Origin: Felis catus | Taxonomy: Eukaryota | Reading direction: 5' to 3' | NCBI RefSeq assembly: GCF_018350175.1 | Contig: NC_058368.1 | Location: 78,246,001 to 78,310,000 of the forward strand | DNA length: 64,000 nt | In this document: positions 59,906-64,000 of the stretch, piece after piece | Numbering within the stretch: position 1 is the stretch's first letter | Layout of the letters: every line of letters begins with the position of its first letter | The notes under the pieces: model-generated | Databases searched by the model: none | Told to the model about the DNA's origin: nothing | The model's input: only the letters and a program-made list of their open reading frames with translations | Translations under genes and position numbers: made by a program

Positions 59906-60142
59906 TGTAGAAGAAAGGGCAAAAAGTGACTGACTCTATTACAAGGTTTCCTTACAAATGCAGTTCTTTTCTCCAATTCACATTTTGTTATTACTGTGTA
60001 TCACAGAACCCCTGCACCTGTTATTTTCCTTCTACGTTACATACAAAAATAATAACCGATGTGACATTGTCCTAAATATTGTTTTAAAACACACCCAGAC
60101 GCAGGCGTGCACACGCATGCATCACACACGCACACACACACT

Positions 60143-60305
60143 TAGTCCTCAAAACAACTCAGTAAACTAGGTACCACTATTACCCTATTTTATATAAGAG
60201 CAAACTAAGGCACAGGAAAATTGCCTAACTTGTCCAAGTACAGAAGTCTGGATTCAAACTCAGGAACCTTGTTTCCAGGGTCTGTGTTCTCAACCACTGA
60301 GTTAT
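60143..60305 (-). mobile_element. MIR SINE
   Basis: ctattttatataagagcaaactaaggcacag...taacttgtccaag...ggattcaaactcagg. Confidence 0.8.
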
Positions 60306-60334
60306 TACCTGTATGTGTGTTATTTCCAGCAGAG

Positions 60335-60593
60335 TTTTTTTTTTGTTGTTGTTGTTTTGTTGTTTTTTTTTTTTTTTTGATGGTTATTTATTTTTGAGAG
60401 AGACAGAGACAGAGACAGAGACAAAGCGTGAGTGGAAGAGGGGCAGAAAGAGAGGGAGACACAGAATCCGAAGCAGGCTCCGGGCTCTGAGCCGTCGGCA
60501 CAGAGCCTGATGCGGGGCTCGAATTCATGAACCGTGAGATCATGACCTGAGCTGAAGTCGGATGCTTAACTGACTGAGCCACCCAGGCGCCCC
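60335..60593 (-). mobile_element. CAN-SINE
   Basis: TSD tccagcagag...ttttt. Confidence 0.95.
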
Positions 60594-61339
60594 TCCAGCA
60601 GAGAGTTTTTAAGCAGGGAACACTGCTAATGTCTTAAATGTCACTATAAGGTCTCTTAAAAACAACAGTGACACTACCGATAAGGAAAGAAGAAAGTTCC
60701 AGAAAAGAGAGGAGTGAAGCTGCTCTGTGTAGTTATACTCCAAATATATTTATGACATTAATAAACACAAGACACACTGAAGTGTAAGAGGTTCATACAG
60801 CATTATTCGTGCCCTTGAAGAGCTAACTCAAAAGATAACATCAGGTAAATATATTTTGAGGCAGAAAATTATGAGGAGCACAAAACTGATAAATTCTTGG
60901 ATGGTAGGGAAATGTGTCACGACCGGGTGGCTAGGGCAGATCACGAGATAAAAATGGCGTATCAGCTCTTCAAAGACAAGTAGGATCTAAAATTTGGAGA
61001 CTGTCACAGCAGGTGCACAAAGAGGGCATTTCTGAAGAGGAAACAGGATATTCGTGGAGGCAGAAAAGGCTAATTGTAGTGAATCAGTTTGGCTGGAATT
61101 GATGAAGCAGAGAAAGACAAGACTGAAAAGTGAGCTTGAGGTCAGGTTATAAGTGTGTTACCATCAATTTGGATTTTTTTTTTTCTAGTAAGCCTTACGG
61201 AGCAAATGGAGAAGGTGAAGGAGGAAATATCTGACTGCTTCTTATGCACTAAACACTGCTAGCACTTTGACATACATTCCTTATCTACTTAATGAAGGTT
61301 TTCAGAAAGAGGAGAGCGTGATGACGTGTGTACTCACTC

Positions 61340-61714
61340 TCCGTGGCTGCATCTTCAACTGGAGGCTCAATCGGGAAAAGATTTGCTCCCCAGTTCTCAC
61401 GGCTGTGGCAGCCTTCAGTTTCCTGCAGCTGTAGGATCCATGACAGCTTACTTCTATGACAGCAGAGAGAAGGAGGGGGAGAGAGATGGAAGGAGGGAGG
61501 GAGGGAGGCAGACAGAAGGTAGGGACAGTCTGCCCGGAAGACTGAGTCTCACGCAATGTAACGTAATCATGGGGCGATCTGTCCTCTTTGTAATATTCTA
61601 TTGATAAGAAGTAGGTCACAGGTCCTGCCCACAATCAAGTGAAGAAGATTGTACAGGCGTGTGGACACCATTATCCAGGGATCATGGGAACTGCCTTACA
61701 CTCTGCTCACCAAA
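61340..61714 (-). mobile_element. MLT1E/F-like 3' LTR of a MaLR provirus
   Basis: ctggaggctcaatcgggaaaagatttgctcc...tattctattgataagaagtaggtcacaggtcctgcccaca. Confidence 0.75.
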
Positions 61715-62197
61715 GTCCGTCCTCTGATCCTTAATGATTGGCCTCCCTCCCTTATGCAAAATGCATGTGCTCCCCTCCTGGGGTTTCCAAGAATCTCAAC
61801 CTACTATAGTAGCAGCAAAGTATAAAACTCAAGCCTCAAATCAGGTGCAGATGAGGGGCCTGGTACAGCTGTCCATCTGTGGCCCTGCAAAATCGAAGAC
61901 CCACATAATCTGCCCCCAACACACCCACCGTGCAATGGTGACGGAGACGTAAGGAGGCAGCTGTAGACATTCCCTTTCAGGAGGGAGAGTGAATGGAAGG
62001 GAGAAAGGAGCATCTGTCCATAGCAGTTCTGAAATCCAGCCAAGCTCGTGCTGGGAATTCCTGGATTCGTTTTCAAAGCTTGGGAATAATTCTCGGTGGC
62101 TCTTGGCCTGACTCTCTGTACTCAGTAGTTCTGCCCTCAGACTCATCCTTCCTTCGTTCATGCACGAAGGCTTGTTTGCAGCTGAGTAGTCTTCCAA

Positions 62198-62842
62198 TGT
62201 GGGGAGTCAGCTTAGGAATTCCCTGAGCTTGCACCCCTGGGTTAACAAGGTTTAGGAATAGGAAGCCTCAGGATGAAAGCATCCAAGATGAGGTAATCAA
62301 GATGAGGTATTCAGGGCAGAAGCAACCCCCCAACTTAGTACAATAGCAGGAAGCTGCTTTCACAGGAAGGAAGGACCAAATTAGGTAAACAGGTAAATAG
62401 GGCTATAGACTGCAGCAGGGTCAAGTTTCCCAGAGGAGAGCTAATTAGCAAAAGAAAGGCGCCTTGTTGACCCAGAGGTAGCAGCTCTGTCTTATCCCCT
62501 AGGCAAGCTAAGATAAACAGGCTGGCGTCTCACACCTGACATAGACAACCATCTGCCCAGCACCAGGACTTTGTTTTGTATTGACCCAAACCCCTAACAC
62601 CGCATATCTTCGAAACCCCCTTCCCGCCCGCCCCCCCACGCCCATGAGTTAATGTTCATGGATTCATTGTCTCTTTGTACACATCCATTACGCTTGTAAG
62701 CCTTCTGATCCTAATAAAATCAGAGCAAGGACCCTCACTCAGGGCTCTTGTCTCCTCCAGGACATTAGCCTCTCTCTCATTTTAATCCTGCATCTACCCT
62801 CTTGCTGGACAAGAGAGAATTCCAGACCCAGAGTCTACGACA
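62198..62842 (+). mobile_element. Solo LTR, 645 bp, probable class II (betaretrovirus-like) ERV
   Basis: TGTGGGG...CGACA termini. Perfect 6-bp TSD TTCCAA (62192-62197, 62843-62848). AATAAA at 62713-62718. Confidence 0.85.
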
Positions 62843-63164
62843 TTCCAAGACTGGTTCCTGCCAGTAGAGCTTTGGTGGTTTTCTCTGTTTCTTTCAATCC
62901 ATACTGGCAATGATTCTGCTGAAATAACTTTCCGAAGAATCCCGTGGGGTCTCCTGAGGATTTCAGTGGGGTTCTCTCCTCTCAGCAAAAGGCACACAAC
63001 AGACCTTTGCAAGATGAGATCTTCTCTGCTTCAGCCTCCTGCTGAGGTGGTTCCGGAACACAACACAGCTCATCTTCTCGCAGGCCCTGTAGCTTGAGAG
63101 GATCGAAGGCTGTCATCTGAAATCATGCTTGGTGAAGTTGAATAATCTGATCTCAGGTGTTTCT

Positions 63165-63375
63165 TTTTTCTTTTTTTTTTTTTAAGTATATTTATTTATT
63201 TAGAGAAAGAGACAGAGAGTGGGGGAAAAGGCAGAGAGAGGGAGAGAATTCCAAGCAGGCTCCACACTGTCAGAGCTGAACTGCATGCGGGGCTTGAACT
63301 CACAAAACGTGAGATTGTGACCTGAGCCGAAATCAAGAGTGGGATGCTCAACCGACTGAGACACCCAGGTGCCCC
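63165..63375 (-). mobile_element. CAN-SINE
   Basis: TSD ctcaggtgtttct vs ctcaggtatttct. Confidence 0.94.
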
Positions 63376-63909
63376 GAGCCTCAGGTATTTCTGAGGTTAG
63401 AGCAGAAATTGCGCAACCACGCCTTTGGCTTTTTCTGTATGTGACAATTTTGAAGCAATTCATTAATTTCAGTGGACCTTACAGCTGGAGAAGCAGAGAA
63501 TTTTCAAAGTCATGAAATTGTGGTTTCTTTTTGTAAAAAGCAGATTTTGTTTAAAATCTTTTGCGTTTATGGTAAACAGTGAGAACTCAGGTGGCATCAT
63601 GGACACTTTGCTTGCAAGTAGGTATACATCCAAGTTCAGCACCTACACATTCTTCTTTTTATTCAAGTGCAGGAGACAATTTCACTAAGCTTCTGTCACT
63701 ACATAACACGACACCCCTTCCTCCCTTCCTTTTGAGCCCTCATTGGCAGCACCCTTGAAATCCCGATTTCTACCAATAGTCTCCTTGGAGATTTTAGGCT
63801 TTACCCTATAGTGTTTCTTGCATTTCTTCCTGACTGTGCCCATCACCCATTCCTAAAGCCACTTTGTAAGCATTTGTTAAACAGCACCCCGCTTCTGGAA
63901 CCAAAAATT

Positions 63910-64000
63910 TGTATTAGTTTCCTATTGCCAACTTCTCATCTGAAAGATTAGCTGGGGAACCACCATTTCTGCACTCGTGGTTGTTGCCAGCATGCAGTTC
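63910..64000 (-). mobile_element. MLT1 5' LTR (runs off the window)
   Basis: tgtattagtttcctattgc, then tctcatctgaaagattagctggggaac...gttgttgccagcatgcagttc, homologous to 61352-61420. Confidence 0.7.

Larger units (their letters stand above)
61715..63909 (-). mobile_element. MLT1 internal region (interrupted by a solo LTR and a SINE)
   Basis: Starts gtccgtcctctg...ccctcccttatgcaaaat (PPT side) and ends cagcaccccgcttctggaaccaaaaat (PBS side). Confidence 0.75.

Noticed and set aside
1..64000. Minus-strand bias of L1s as evidence for a plus-strand host gene
   Set aside because: Small numbers. LTRs show no matching bias and no exons were found, so intronic versus intergenic cannot be decided.

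Overview
Non-coding, repeat-dense DNA from a carnivore, almost certainly a felid, judged by the SINEC_Fc-type CAN-SINEs and carnivore L1 3' ends. I find no credible protein-coding exon, RNA gene or CRISPR/prokaryotic feature. The ORF track is almost entirely SINE, L1 or random read-through. Contents: about 35 CAN-SINEs (four very young, near-consensus, with intact TSDs) and many L1 fragments, two of them 5'-inverted (twin-priming-type). There is an ERV-L integrase/dUTPase relic, several solo LTRs, and a two-LTR MLT1 MaLR provirus split by a 645-bp solo LTR with a perfect 6-bp TSD (class II/beta-like signature). Older MIR, L2, MER5, MER20 and MER53 copies and microsatellites are also present. 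Unique stretches carry candidate regulatory sites, the best being a consensus CTCF site next to a TCF/LEF site and a perfect DR3 element at ~44.08-44.13 kb. I could not identify a new biological system. The best leads are the beta-like solo LTR, the two inverted L1s with similar breakpoints, and the regulatory clusters. Subfamily names come from remembered consensus sequences and need RepeatMasker/Dfam confirmation. Boundaries of old elements are approximate.
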